A stretch of 64,000 nt of DNA from an uncultured delta proteobacterium (GTDB taxonomy: Bacteria; Desulfobacterota; BSN033; UBA1163), in contig CAWHBU010000004.1 of assembly GCA_963827685.1 (NCBI GenBank), positions 768,001-832,000 on the forward strand, given 5' to 3'. Below the pieces are notes generated by a model. The model was not told the DNA's origin and searched no databases. It saw nothing but the letters and a program-made list of their open reading frames with translations. Of the stretch, positions 17,744 through 26,692 are shown piece by piece. The position numbers and the translations under genes are program-made. Each line of letters starts with the position of its first letter. The stretch's first letter is position 1.

Positions 17744-19207
17744 ATGAGGATTAAAGACAAATTAATTGATGCGTTTTTTGGAAGTACCATTGAATCGAAG
17801 GTGAAGGAACGCATTAAGGCGGCGTCGATCCTCGATGCGCCGACGGTTGAGGACCTTAAGTGGAGGCGCCTGACCACCAACGCCAACCGCGACCTTCTGC
17901 CCATAACGCAGGACCGGATGATCGAGATCGCCTACTGGCTTCACGAGACGAATCCACTCGCGGGCTGGCTGATCGATATCACCACGGCTTTCATCATGGC
18001 CGAGGAGTTGCCGTATGAATCAAAGGATGAGGAAATCAAGGCCGTGCTCGATGGTTTCTGGAACGATCCAGTCAACCGGATGGACCTTTACTTTCCGAAG
18101 CACGTCTCCGAACTCCACATCTTCGGCGAGCTCTGCATGCCCGCCTTTGTTGCAAAGCAAACGGGCCGGGTGAGGCTCGGCTACGTAGATCCAGCGCAGA
18201 TCGATATCGTCGCGACCGACCCCGAGAATGTGAAGATGCAGATCGGCGTCATCACCAAGCCCTGGACCGGCCTGGTCGGGGGCTTTCAGATCAATCAGGA
18301 TCCCAAAAAATATCGGACGGTCCTGCCGGAGGAAGCCGAATACGTTCTTTCGCCCACAGCGAAGCAGCTCCGCAATCAATTCACGGATGGCGATTGTTTT
18401 TATTTCTCGATCAATAACGTGACGAATTCTCCGAGAGGCCGATCGTCTTTGCTTTCCGTCGCCGATTGGCTCGACGCCTATGAGCAATATCTTTTCGATT
18501 TCGCGGATAAGTGGCCGCAGTTCAACTCCTTCGTGTGGGACATCTTGGTGCAAGGCGGCAACGAGGACGACATCAAAAAACAGGTCGCGAACTTCAGCAA
18601 AAAATCCGGGTCATCCTTTGGCCATAATGAGAAAGTGACACTGTCGCCTTTGGCGCCCGAGATGAAAGCAATGGATGCGGAGACTGGAGCCAGACTTTTT
18701 CGCAATCATATCCTCGGCCCGTTCGGATATCCGGAGCACTGGTATGGCGGGGGAGGCGACGTGAATCGGGCGACGGCCTCCGAGATGGATATGCCGGCAA
18801 TCAAGATGCTCTCATACAAGCAAAATTACGTAAAATTTGCGCTGATGGAAATCCTCGGATACCAGGTCAGGCAGGCGAGGCAGGCTGGTTATCTCCGGGC
18901 GCCGGGGGATGCGACTTTCTCAGTGACCACGCCGGTCATGCAGGCAAAGGATGTTTCCAAATTCGGAGCGATGGTCCAGCAGGTGGCGGCAGCCCTGTTG
19001 ACGGCCGAGAGCCAAGAGTGGATCGATAAGGAGACTGCCCGCAAACTCTTCGCCGCAATGGTCGGATTCCTCGGAGTGGATATCGATCTCGATGAGGTGA
19101 AGAAGGCCCTGGCGGAAGGCGGGGGAGACCAAAGTGCGATCCAGGATTACCTGAAGAAAAAACCGGTCCTGCCTCAACCCGCGCAAGGGGTGAGGAGAGT
19201 GAAGTAA
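17744..19207 (+). CDS. portal protein
   Basis: Follows TerL; ~490 aa; FGELC, RGRSSL, GYPEHWYGG..DVNRATA. Confidence 0.82.
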   Translation: MRIKDKLIDAFFGSTIESKVKERIKAASILDAPTVEDLKWRRLTTNANRDLLPITQDRMIEIAYWLHETNPLAGWLIDITTAFIMAEELPYESKDEEIKAVLDGFWNDPVNRMDLYFPKHVSELHIFGELCMPAFVAKQTGRVRLGYVDPAQIDIVATDPENVKMQIGVITKPWTGLVGGFQINQDPKKYRTVLPEEAEYVLSPTAKQLRNQFTDGDCFYFSINNVTNSPRGRSSLLSVADWLDAYEQYLFDFADKWPQFNSFVWDILVQGGNEDDIKKQVANFSKKSGSSFGHNEKVTLSPLAPEMKAMDAETGARLFRNHILGPFGYPEHWYGGGGDVNRATASEMDMPAIKMLSYKQNYVKFALMEILGYQVRQARQAGYLRAPGDATFSVTTPVMQAKDVSKFGAMVQQVAAALLTAESQEWIDKETARKLFAAMVGFLGVDIDLDEVKKALAEGGGDQSAIQDYLKKKPVLPQPAQGVRRVK

Positions 19208-19217
19208 AACCCAAAAA

Positions 19218-19248
19218 AGCATGGGGCATGGGGCATAGAGCAGAGAGC
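19218..19248 (+). repeat. GCATGGG/GCAGAGA heptamer run
   Basis: AGCATGGGGCATGGGGCATAGAGCAGAGAGC. Confidence 0.6.
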
Positions 19249-19269
19249 AAAAAAGGACAAGGAGGCGCG

Positions 19270-19488
19270 ATGAAAAAAATCTATAGACCGGAAGAATTGG
19301 CGAAAAAAATAGGAGTCACGGAGAGGGTACTCCTCGATTGGAGAGACCTCGGGATGCCCTGGGTAAAAATCGGCAAAGCGATCTACATTTTTGAGGATAG
19401 TTTCATAAGGTGGGTCAAGACCCAGGAAAGGGTGGGTGTTGCTCAGGATGCCTCAGGACAAGACTTATCGGAGGAACCTATACAATGA
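19270..19488 (+). CDS. excisionase/MerR-like HTH protein
   Basis: YRPEELAKKIGVTERVLLDWRDLGMPWVKIGK; AGGAGG RBS. Confidence 0.75.
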   Translation: MKKIYRPEELAKKIGVTERVLLDWRDLGMPWVKIGKAIYIFEDSFIRWVKTQERVGVAQDASGQDLSEEPIQ

Positions 19489-19606
19489 GATGCCCCCTCT
19501 TTTTTTCGTTACGTTTCGCATACGGATTGATGCTGTTTCACTACGTTTGGACACCTTTTGGTGACGCCGGATCAGGGGTCACTGGTCAAAATTGGGTCTT
19601 TCGGCT

Positions 19607-19671
19607 CAATCCGCAATCCCTGCCTGCGCGAAGCGCTCCGGCGAAGGCAGGCGCAATCCGAATTCCGCATT
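19607..19671. repeat. CAATCCG heptamer run interrupted by a 33-bp CCTGCC...GGCAGG element (19619-19651)
   Basis: Removing the element gives CAATCCGCAATC|CGCAATCCGAATTCCGCATT. Confidence 0.8.
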
Positions 19672-19680
19672 GGAGGCAGG

Positions 19681-20499
19681 ATGCCGTCTCTTAAGGAAAT
19701 CGAGTTTGCACGAAAGATGAAGGCGTTGCTCCAGGAGGCGGATAACCTTCAGGATGACGCGGTAAAGAGGGTGCTCGCCATCCTCAGCCAGGCGCGAAGG
19801 GAAGTGGCAGCCGACGTGGCATCGACCGACTGGGAGGCTTACCGCCTCAAGGGACTAAAGGAAGCAATCGAGAGGGCGATGACCGATTTTGCTGACAAAT
19901 ACAGTATTGATCTCAGGAGCGCCCAGGCCGACCTTTTCGACCTCGGCATTGCCAGGGCGAATATCCCTCTCGGCGTTGCCACTGCCATGTCGATGGTCCC
20001 ATCCATCAATATCAAGGCGCTGGAGATCGCCCAGAACTACTCGTCGGATCTTATCAGCAACCTTACTGAAGACGCGATCAAGAAAATCAATCAAGAACTG
20101 ACGATGGGGATCCTTGGCGTGAAGACGCCCTTTGAGGTGATGACGGCCATCGGGAAAAATCTTGAGGATCCTTCGGTTTTTAAATCGATCGCAAGCCGGG
20201 CAGAGGTGATCACCAGGACAGAGACCGGAAGAATTTTCGAGATGGCCACTCAATCGAGGCTTGAGGACGCACAGAGGGTTGTGCCGGACATGAAAAAACA
20301 ATGGATGTCGTCGCCGATGAGACCGACGGCCAGGCCCGAGCATCACACGCCAGAGGTTGATGGACAGATCCGCGATGTGGATGAGACCTTTGACGTGGCC
20401 GGAGAGCAGTTGATGTTCCCGGGCGATCCGGCGGGATCCCCGTGGAACACAATCAACTGCGGCTGACGGAGTGTGCCGTATATGTCCAGTTGGGCATGA
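19681..20499 (+). CDS. MuF/gp30-SPP1 gp7 family minor head protein; candidate selenoprotein (TGA 20464-20466 read as Sec)
   Basis: RAEVITRTET, KKQW, R.EH...DGQ....ETF, FPGDP.G...NTINCG-TGA-RSVPYMSSWA-stop. The family normally ends in N-C-x-C. Hairpin follows the TGA. Confidence 0.8.
20482..20497 (+). promoter_or_regulatory. candidate bacterial SECIS hairpin
   Basis: ATGTCC-AGTT-GGGCAT (6 bp with one G-U); loop GU at +23/+24 after UGA. Confidence 0.5.
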
Positions 20500-20500
20500 A

Positions 20501-20628
20501 GGGTTATTGGGTTCATTGGGTTCGTTGAGTCATTGAGTTTTCGGGTTCATTGAGTTCTTTGGGTTATCGGGTCCATTGGCCTGCCGCAGGCCTGCGGCAG
20601 GCAAGCAACTCAAAGAACACAAGTAACC
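20501..20628. repeat. 9-mer palindromic array with two CCTGC.GCAGG units at centre (20580-20601)
   Basis: Read directly from sequence. Confidence 0.85.
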
Positions 20629-20655
20629 GGAAGGAGCGACGGAGAGGCGCAAAAA

Positions 20656-21222
20656 ATGAAGAAGAGATTAATTGAGGTTATAGCGTGCGGACTCGTAGTT
20701 GCGGCACTTGCCGTCGCGACGTACTACCGGAACGAGATCTGGGGAAGCGAGATGAGCCTGTGGCGCGACGCCGCGAAAAAATCTCCTTATAAGGATCGGC
20801 CTGCGATCAATCTTGCGACGGCGTTGGCCCAGCAGGGGAGATTTGAAGAGGCCAAACATGGGATTCAGAGATACCTTGAGATCAATCCGCAATCCATCGA
20901 GGCCCAGAACAATCTCGGAGCGATTCTGAGCCTCCAGGGAAAATACGACGAGGCCCTTTACCATATTTTTGAGGCCCTGCGAATCGATCCAAAAAACCCA
21001 ATCGCCCACAATAACGCGGGCGCGGTTCTATGCAAGCAAGGCCAGTACCAGGAGGCCCTCATCCATTTTAAGGAGGCGCTCAAAAGCAAGTCCGATTTTG
21101 AGGACGCGCGGAAGAACTACGAGACCATCTCGGCGGCGATAAAGAAGAAGGTTGAGGCTAAAGTTGAGGTTAAGGCTGAGCCAAAGGCTAACGCCAAGGC
21201 TAAGGTTGAGTCTAAAGAATAA
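20656..21222 (+). CDS. membrane-anchored TPR protein
   Basis: N-terminal TM, TYYRNEIWGSEMSLWRDAAKKSP, three TPRs (NNLGAIL..QGKYDEA); C-terminus encoded by AAGGTTGAGGCT repeats. Confidence 0.85.
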   Translation: MKKRLIEVIACGLVVAALAVATYYRNEIWGSEMSLWRDAAKKSPYKDRPAINLATALAQQGRFEEAKHGIQRYLEINPQSIEAQNNLGAILSLQGKYDEALYHIFEALRIDPKNPIAHNNAGAVLCKQGQYQEALIHFKEALKSKSDFEDARKNYETISAAIKKKVEAKVEVKAEPKANAKAKVESKE

Positions 21223-21245
21223 TCCAAAAAAAGGAGGTTACGACA

Positions 21246-21473
21246 ATGGCAAAGATTGATCCGAAGTATTTGAAGGGAATCAAAATGACAGGGGCAGATG
21301 AGAAAATCGTTGAAAAGGACGGAAGGAAGACCACGCAGAGCATTCCCTGGGAGCGCCAGGCGACGGAAGAGGACGTCCTTTCCTGGAAGGACTATGGCGA
21401 TTTCGTTCGCATCGCTATTAAGGATGGCCGGAAATACGACGTGTCTAAGGAAAGGAAAGAAGAAAAAAAATAG
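21246..21473 (+). CDS. hypothetical head-module protein
   Basis: AAGGAGG RBS. Confidence 0.7.
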   Translation: MAKIDPKYLKGIKMTGADEKIVEKDGRKTTQSIPWERQATEEDVLSWKDYGDFVRIAIKDGRKYDVSKERKEEKK

Positions 21474-21480
21474 AAATGAT

Positions 21481-21554
21481 GATTTCATGGATTAAAAAGC
21501 GGGATTTCACAGATTCGAAATCCATGTAATCACGGTTTTAAAATCGGTGTAATC
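21481..21554. repeat. GATTACAC hairpin element, copy 2 (before capsid gene)
   Basis: Same four-unit architecture as copy 1. Confidence 0.85.
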
Positions 21555-21573
21555 ACGCGAGTGGAGGCAAACA

Positions 21574-24207
21574 ATGGATCCCAAAGAGGCTCAAAAGGCC
21601 AGAGCGAGCAAATGGAATATCGCCATTAAGGATGGCGGCCATGTGACGAAACCTGGGCAGTGGTCGAGCGTTCCGGATGAGGAATTCCTCGATCCGGTCA
21701 ATTATCGATATCCGTGTCCTAACGCAGATCAAACCAGGGCGGCAGCCGCCTACTGGGGCCAGGCCGACAACCAGGCGCAGTACTCGAGCGAAGAGAAAGC
21801 CATCATTAATAGAAGGCTCGATGAGATGGAGAAAAAATTTAATATTGGAGATCGTCAATCGGGTGCCATGAGCTTTTCCGAGACTCGCCGCGCTCTCTGC
21901 CAGGCGCTTTCGGCAAAATTTCCGAACATGCCCGGCGATATCGTTGATATCTACAACGATTATTGCATCTTCTCGGACGGCGAGAACAACCTTTTCGAGA
22001 TCCCATATGGTGTCGATGCAAATGGGACCATTACGTTCGGCGACAAGGTAAAGGTGAGAAAAGAAGTAACCTATTTGAAAGTGTCATCTGCCTCTCATCT
22101 CTCAAAGGCCATCGGTGCCACGACGGATCCGAATTACGGATACCAATGGGACGTTCAGATCGTCGAGGCGGGCCCAGACCGTCAAGGCACGGCGATCTAT
22201 CCCTACGAGGTCCTGAAAGCGGCGATTCCTCTGTACGAAGGGGCCAAAGTTTTTGCCCTCTCTCAGGGTCAACATGATAATCCCGATAATCCATTCGGAA
22301 AATCAGTCCGCGATCTCGTGGGGTGGATCTCGGGTGTGAGACCTAACGACAAAGGGTTGGAAGGAAAACTCAATATTTTAAAAACCGCATCCTGGCTTCG
22401 GGACATGATAGTCGATTCCTGGAATCGTGGGAAAAAAGACCTGGTCGGCCTTTCCCATGACATCCTGGCCAGGGTGGCATCGGGTCCGGCGCCGCGAAAG
22501 GCAGAAAAGATCGTCCGGGTCGATTCGGTTGATGTTGTCTATGATCCCATCGCAGGTGGGAAATTCATAAGAATGGCTGCGGCCGCGGCTAAGGCGGCGA
22601 GTCAAAAGGAGGCTACCATGTTCAAGCAGATGTTGGCCGCACTTAAAAAGCAGCGGCCGGATTTGAAGGATCAGATCGAAGCGTTGGAGGCAAAGGGCGA
22701 CGCCGTCACCGAGGACGAGATCTCCACTCTCCTGGCACAGGTGACGGGAGCAAGCACAAGCAGAAGCGAGTTTGAAAAATATCTCGAAAAACTCACCGCA
22801 TCCGTGAGCGAGATAACCAAGCAGCAGGCCCAGAAAATGATTGACGAGGCCACGAAGAAATTCGAGGATGCCCAGAAACTCCTGGCCTGCGCGCAGTTGC
22901 TGACGGATGAGCTCGAAGCGTCGAAGCTGCCGGATGTGATGAAAGCGCGGATCAGGAAACAGTTCTCCGCCAGGGTCTTCGAAGTCGAAGACCTCAAGGC
23001 CGCGATTAAGGATGAAAAAGAAATTGCGGATAAGTTGACCGGAAGCGGGACAGTGAGCGGAGTCGGCGGCCTTCGCATGGAGGTCGGAGAAGGCGAACCC
23101 GAAAAGCTCCAGGCCGCTCTCGATAAACTCATGGGAGCGGAGGTGGACGAGAAATTTAAAACCGTGCCGGCGTTCCATTCTCTCAGGGCAGCGTACACGC
23201 GGCTGACCGGAGACCCGGAGGTCCGCGGGATTCCCTCGCGCGAAGCGATCAAGCTCGGCGAGGCCTTCATGAACATGATGAGGCTGCCGGCTGCCTACAG
23301 CACAAGTTCTTTCTCGTTCGTGCTGGGCAATTCGATGTATCGGCGTCTGATCAAAGAATACAATGCGGTGAACTACCGCGAGGACGCGTTGATCTCCTTC
23401 TACCGTAACGCCGAGAATTTCAAAACCCTTGAGATCATCCAGGTCGGCTATTTCGGAGACGTGCCCGATGTAAACCCGGAAACGGCCGATTATGTCGAAA
23501 TTACCATGCCGACGGATATCGAGGCGACCTACGCCATCAACCAGAAAGGATGGATTTTGACGGTTACGCGGCGGGTGGTGCTTAACGATGACCTCAAGAC
23601 CGTGACCCAGCTCATTTCCAAGATGGGCCGTGCGCACAGAAGGACCCATGCCAAGCGCGCATGGAACAAAATTATTTCGAACGCCACCTACAAGGGCGAC
23701 AGCAAGGCCCTGTTCCATACGGATCACGGAAACCTCGGGGCTGTGGCGCTTACCCTTGACGCGACCGGCGTGGCCACTGTGACGAACCGGTTAAAGGCCA
23801 TGTACGCCCAGGCCGAGCAAGATTCTGGGGAGAAACTGGCACTCATTCCAAGATGTCTCTGGGCCCCGAGAGATTGTCTTGAAATCGCCCAGGGACTCAA
23901 TGCGCCCTGGCCGGGGGCAGCTACGCCCAACCCCCACGCCTACAGGTTCGGTCAGAACAACGAGAACATCATCTGCAACCCGCTCTTCACGGACGTCAAC
24001 GATTGGGGCCTGATTGCCGATCCTGGAGATGCGGAACTTCTCGAGGCGGCCTACCTCAACGGGCAACGGGAACCTGAATTTTTCGTCGCCGATAACCCGG
24101 TGATGGGCCAGATGTTCGTGGCGGATAAGATCCAATACAAGAGCCGCCATGAGTACGAATTTGAGATCGCGGACTATCGCGGGTTCGATAAATCGGTATG
24201 CGCATAA
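21574..24207 (+). CDS. fused N-terminal domain/prohead protease/scaffold/major capsid protein (HK97 fold, Mu gpT-like)
   Basis: N-terminal FLDPVNYRYP domain; protease-like GLSHD...SVDVVYDPIAGG; coiled-coil scaffold; capsid motifs LFHTDHGN, YLNGQREPE, IADYRG. Confidence 0.85.
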   Translation: MDPKEAQKARASKWNIAIKDGGHVTKPGQWSSVPDEEFLDPVNYRYPCPNADQTRAAAAYWGQADNQAQYSSEEKAIINRRLDEMEKKFNIGDRQSGAMSFSETRRALCQALSAKFPNMPGDIVDIYNDYCIFSDGENNLFEIPYGVDANGTITFGDKVKVRKEVTYLKVSSASHLSKAIGATTDPNYGYQWDVQIVEAGPDRQGTAIYPYEVLKAAIPLYEGAKVFALSQGQHDNPDNPFGKSVRDLVGWISGVRPNDKGLEGKLNILKTASWLRDMIVDSWNRGKKDLVGLSHDILARVASGPAPRKAEKIVRVDSVDVVYDPIAGGKFIRMAAAAAKAASQKEATMFKQMLAALKKQRPDLKDQIEALEAKGDAVTEDEISTLLAQVTGASTSRSEFEKYLEKLTASVSEITKQQAQKMIDEATKKFEDAQKLLACAQLLTDELEASKLPDVMKARIRKQFSARVFEVEDLKAAIKDEKEIADKLTGSGTVSGVGGLRMEVGEGEPEKLQAALDKLMGAEVDEKFKTVPAFHSLRAAYTRLTGDPEVRGIPSREAIKLGEAFMNMMRLPAAYSTSSFSFVLGNSMYRRLIKEYNAVNYREDALISFYRNAENFKTLEIIQVGYFGDVPDVNPETADYVEITMPTDIEATYAINQKGWILTVTRRVVLNDDLKTVTQLISKMGRAHRRTHAKRAWNKIISNATYKGDSKALFHTDHGNLGAVALTLDATGVATVTNRLKAMYAQAEQDSGEKLALIPRCLWAPRDCLEIAQGLNAPWPGAATPNPHAYRFGQNNENIICNPLFTDVNDWGLIADPGDAELLEAAYLNGQREPEFFVADNPVMGQMFVADKIQYKSRHEYEFEIADYRGFDKSVCA

Positions 24208-24223
24208 ATGGCCAGGGGCCATT

Positions 24224-24300
24224 GATTTCACAGATAAAAAAAGGTTGGATTACACGGATTAAAAAATCTGAGCAATCTTGGTTTTAAAATCAGTGTAATC
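24224..24300. repeat. GATTACAC hairpin element, copy 3
   Basis: Same architecture; followed by AGCGAAGC and RBS. Confidence 0.85.
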
Positions 24301-24323
24301 AGCGAAGCAAAAAGGAGGAAACA

Positions 24324-24758
24324 ATGAAAAGGTTAAGAAAAGGTCTATCGGTTTTAGCGATTCTGATGATGCTGATGCTGCCGATGGCGGCGTTGGCTGC
24401 CACGCCTAACCCTTCGCCCGCATCGCCCGGATATATGGTGCTGACGTTTCATGTGAGCGGTGCCATCACTACCGGCAACGGCACGGGCATCATCAAGTTT
24501 AACATGCCATTCCCGGCGAGACTGATCACGGTGCAACAGAGTTGCCAAACACTTACGGGGACGGCGCCAACAGTCGATGTCCTAATTGCCGGATCGTCCG
24601 TCCTGACCTCCGTGACGACAATGACAACCGCCGGCATCGTTTACGAGGCGGCCATTGCAACACCTACGATCGCGGATGAGGCAGCGGTGACGGTCAATTT
24701 GACTACGGGCACCTCCGTCGGCAACACCACGATCATTATGGTGCTGAAAAGGCAGTAA
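24324..24758 (+). CDS. putative capsid decoration protein with signal-peptide-like N-terminus
   Basis: Directly after the capsid gene; beta-rich Thr/Gly/Ala composition; MKRLRKGLSVLAILMMLMLPMAALA. Confidence 0.6.
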   Translation: MKRLRKGLSVLAILMMLMLPMAALAATPNPSPASPGYMVLTFHVSGAITTGNGTGIIKFNMPFPARLITVQQSCQTLTGTAPTVDVLIAGSSVLTSVTTMTTAGIVYEAAIATPTIADEAAVTVNLTTGTSVGNTTIIMVLKRQ

Positions 24759-24762
24759 AATT

Positions 24763-24889
24763 GTTACTTGGGTTCATTGGGTTCGTTGTGTTTATTGGGT
24801 TTATTGAGTTCATAGGGTTAACTCAAGAAACTCAAGTAACTCAAGTAACCCAAAGAACCCAAGTAACTCAACAAACTCGATAAACCCAA
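24763..24889. repeat. 9-mer palindromic array (centre GGGTTAACTC)
   Basis: About 6 units per arm. Confidence 0.88.
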
Positions 24890-25579
24890 ATGAACTACGC
24901 TCAGATCAAAGACAAGGTTGATCAGACGGTAAAAGACACGGCCGGCAAGCTCGATCCGACCGAGCGGGATAATTTCATCCAGGAGGCTGTAAAAATATAC
25001 AGTAAGCATCGGCCCCGCGAGGTGGTCAAGGATATCGCAGGCGCGAATGCGTACGACTATTCGATTGGAACGAACCTTGCTTCGTGGATCGATGATTTTT
25101 CAATCATCAAGAGCATCGAATATCCGGCAGATCAGAGAGATCCTCAATACATCGATGAGGACGATTTCATCATTTATAAGAAGGAATCCGATCTATTCAT
25201 CAGATTTTTAGCAGACACACCGCAAGCAACCGAGAAAATCCGGGTCACGTATACGGCCCTTCATATACTTTCTGAAGCACTGAACACCATCCCTCTGGTC
25301 GACCAGGATGCGGTTTGCAATCTCGCTGCCAGTCTCTGTTCCGGCGCCCTGGCAAGCTACTACGCCCAAACTTCCGACTCAACGATCGGAGCCGATTCCG
25401 TCAATTATCGGACGAAGAGTCAGGAATATTCCTCGAGGGCAAAGGACCAGAAGAAACTTTACATGGACCACCTTGGCCTCAAGGATGGTGATGTCGCCCC
25501 GGCGAGTGTCAGGAAGGCGGTGGACGTAACGTATCCCGGAGGCGCGGATAGACTAACGCACCCGAGAAAATGGAGATAG
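24890..25579 (+). CDS. head-tail adaptor/connector protein
   Basis: Position after capsid; IQEAVKIYSKHRP, AVCNLAAS, TIGADSVNY. Confidence 0.65.
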   Translation: MNYAQIKDKVDQTVKDTAGKLDPTERDNFIQEAVKIYSKHRPREVVKDIAGANAYDYSIGTNLASWIDDFSIIKSIEYPADQRDPQYIDEDDFIIYKKESDLFIRFLADTPQATEKIRVTYTALHILSEALNTIPLVDQDAVCNLAASLCSGALASYYAQTSDSTIGADSVNYRTKSQEYSSRAKDQKKLYMDHLGLKDGDVAPASVRKAVDVTYPGGADRLTHPRKWR

Positions 25580-25581
25580 TA

Positions 25582-25620
25582 AACAGAAGGCAGTAGGCAG
25601 AAGGCAGAAAGCAGAAGGCA
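25582..25620 (+). repeat. AGGCAGW heptamer run
   Basis: AACAGAAGGCAGTAGGCAGAAGGCAGAAAGCAGAAGGCA. Confidence 0.75.
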
Positions 25621-25641
25621 AAAAGTTCCAGGATTCAAAAA

Positions 25642-26100
25642 ATGATAGACCTGAAGTTCACCGTTGACTGGAGAAATCAGCAAGCCTTCGAACAGGCACC
25701 CGAGATCTTCCAGCAGGAGAAGGCGGCCGCACTAACTGAGGCAGGCATGCTCCTTGAAAAAGAGATCGCGGCGAGGACTCCCGAAGGCGCCACCGGCATT
25801 CTGAGAAAGTCAATCGCTTCGCAATTGTTCGGAGACAGGATGGAAGTCGGAACGCCGATTGCCTACGCAGAGCCGGTTGAATACGGATCGAAGGCCCACT
25901 GGGCGCCGCTGGCGCCTCTGGAAATGTGGGCCATTAGAAAATTCGGCGATGCAGCGATTGGGAAAAAGGTCTGGTATTCCATCGCTCATAAGGGAACGAG
26001 GGCGGTTCTCATGTTCACCCGGGCTTTTGCCATGAATTATTCGAAGATCGAAAAGATTCTCGAATCGATCGGCGATAAAGTCGCCGCAAGGTTTAAGTAG
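25642..26100 (+). CDS. HK97 gp10-like tail completion protein
   Basis: TPEGATGILRKSI, YAEPVEYG, SIAHKGT. Confidence 0.75.
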   Translation: MIDLKFTVDWRNQQAFEQAPEIFQQEKAAALTEAGMLLEKEIAARTPEGATGILRKSIASQLFGDRMEVGTPIAYAEPVEYGSKAHWAPLAPLEMWAIRKFGDAAIGKKVWYSIAHKGTRAVLMFTRAFAMNYSKIEKILESIGDKVAARFK

Positions 26101-26202
26101 TTTATGGGGTTCATTGAGTTATTGGGTTCATTGAGTTCCTGCGGCAGGCCAATAAACCCAATAAACCCAATAAACCCAATGAACCCAATGAACCCAATAA
26201 CC
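26099..26202. repeat. 9-mer palindromic array with CCTGCGGCAGG at centre (26138-26148)
   Basis: Read directly from sequence. Confidence 0.88.
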
Positions 26203-26206
26203 AGAG

Positions 26207-26692
26207 ATGAGTATAGCGAATATAAGGACCCAGATCAAAGCGATCCTTCAAACCGTGAGCGGGATCGGCGTGGTCCATGATTACGAACGCTGGGCCGTGG
26301 ATTGGGCGAAAGTCCTGGACCTCCTGAAGCCGGCGGATCAGGACAAGATCAATGGTTGGATGATCACGAGAACGGGCCTCGAAGAAAAACTGGAAACCTT
26401 CGGAATAAATCTTGCGGGCCACAGCATTCTGATTCGTGGAGTTTATAGCCTGGATGACGCAAGCGCCTCCGGCAAGACGTTCGATGATCTGATCGACGCC
26501 ATTCGAGATGCCTTCCGTGTGAAATATGATCTGAACGGATCCTGCCAGTCGATTTTTATGGATTTTGCCGAGATGCAGGCGGAAGGAAAGATCGGGATCC
26601 AGGTGAAGATCAACGAAGTGAGGACCTTTGCAGGGGTCCTCTGTCATTATTGCGAGCTCCTTCTCGGAGCGCAGGAACGAATTAGTTACTGA
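26207..26692 (+). CDS. tail terminator-like protein
   Basis: IRTQIKAILQTV.GIG.VHDYER...FAGVLCHYCEL; precedes tail tube. Confidence 0.65.
   Translation: MSIANIRTQIKAILQTVSGIGVVHDYERWAVDWAKVLDLLKPADQDKINGWMITRTGLEEKLETFGINLAGHSILIRGVYSLDDASASGKTFDDLIDAIRDAFRVKYDLNGSCQSIFMDFAEMQAEGKIGIQVKINEVRTFAGVLCHYCELLLGAQERISY

Noticed and set aside
22378-23727. 449-aa antisense ORF and other long antisense ORFs in the track
   Set aside because: Shadows of well-supported genes in GC-rich codon context, with no motifs or RBS.
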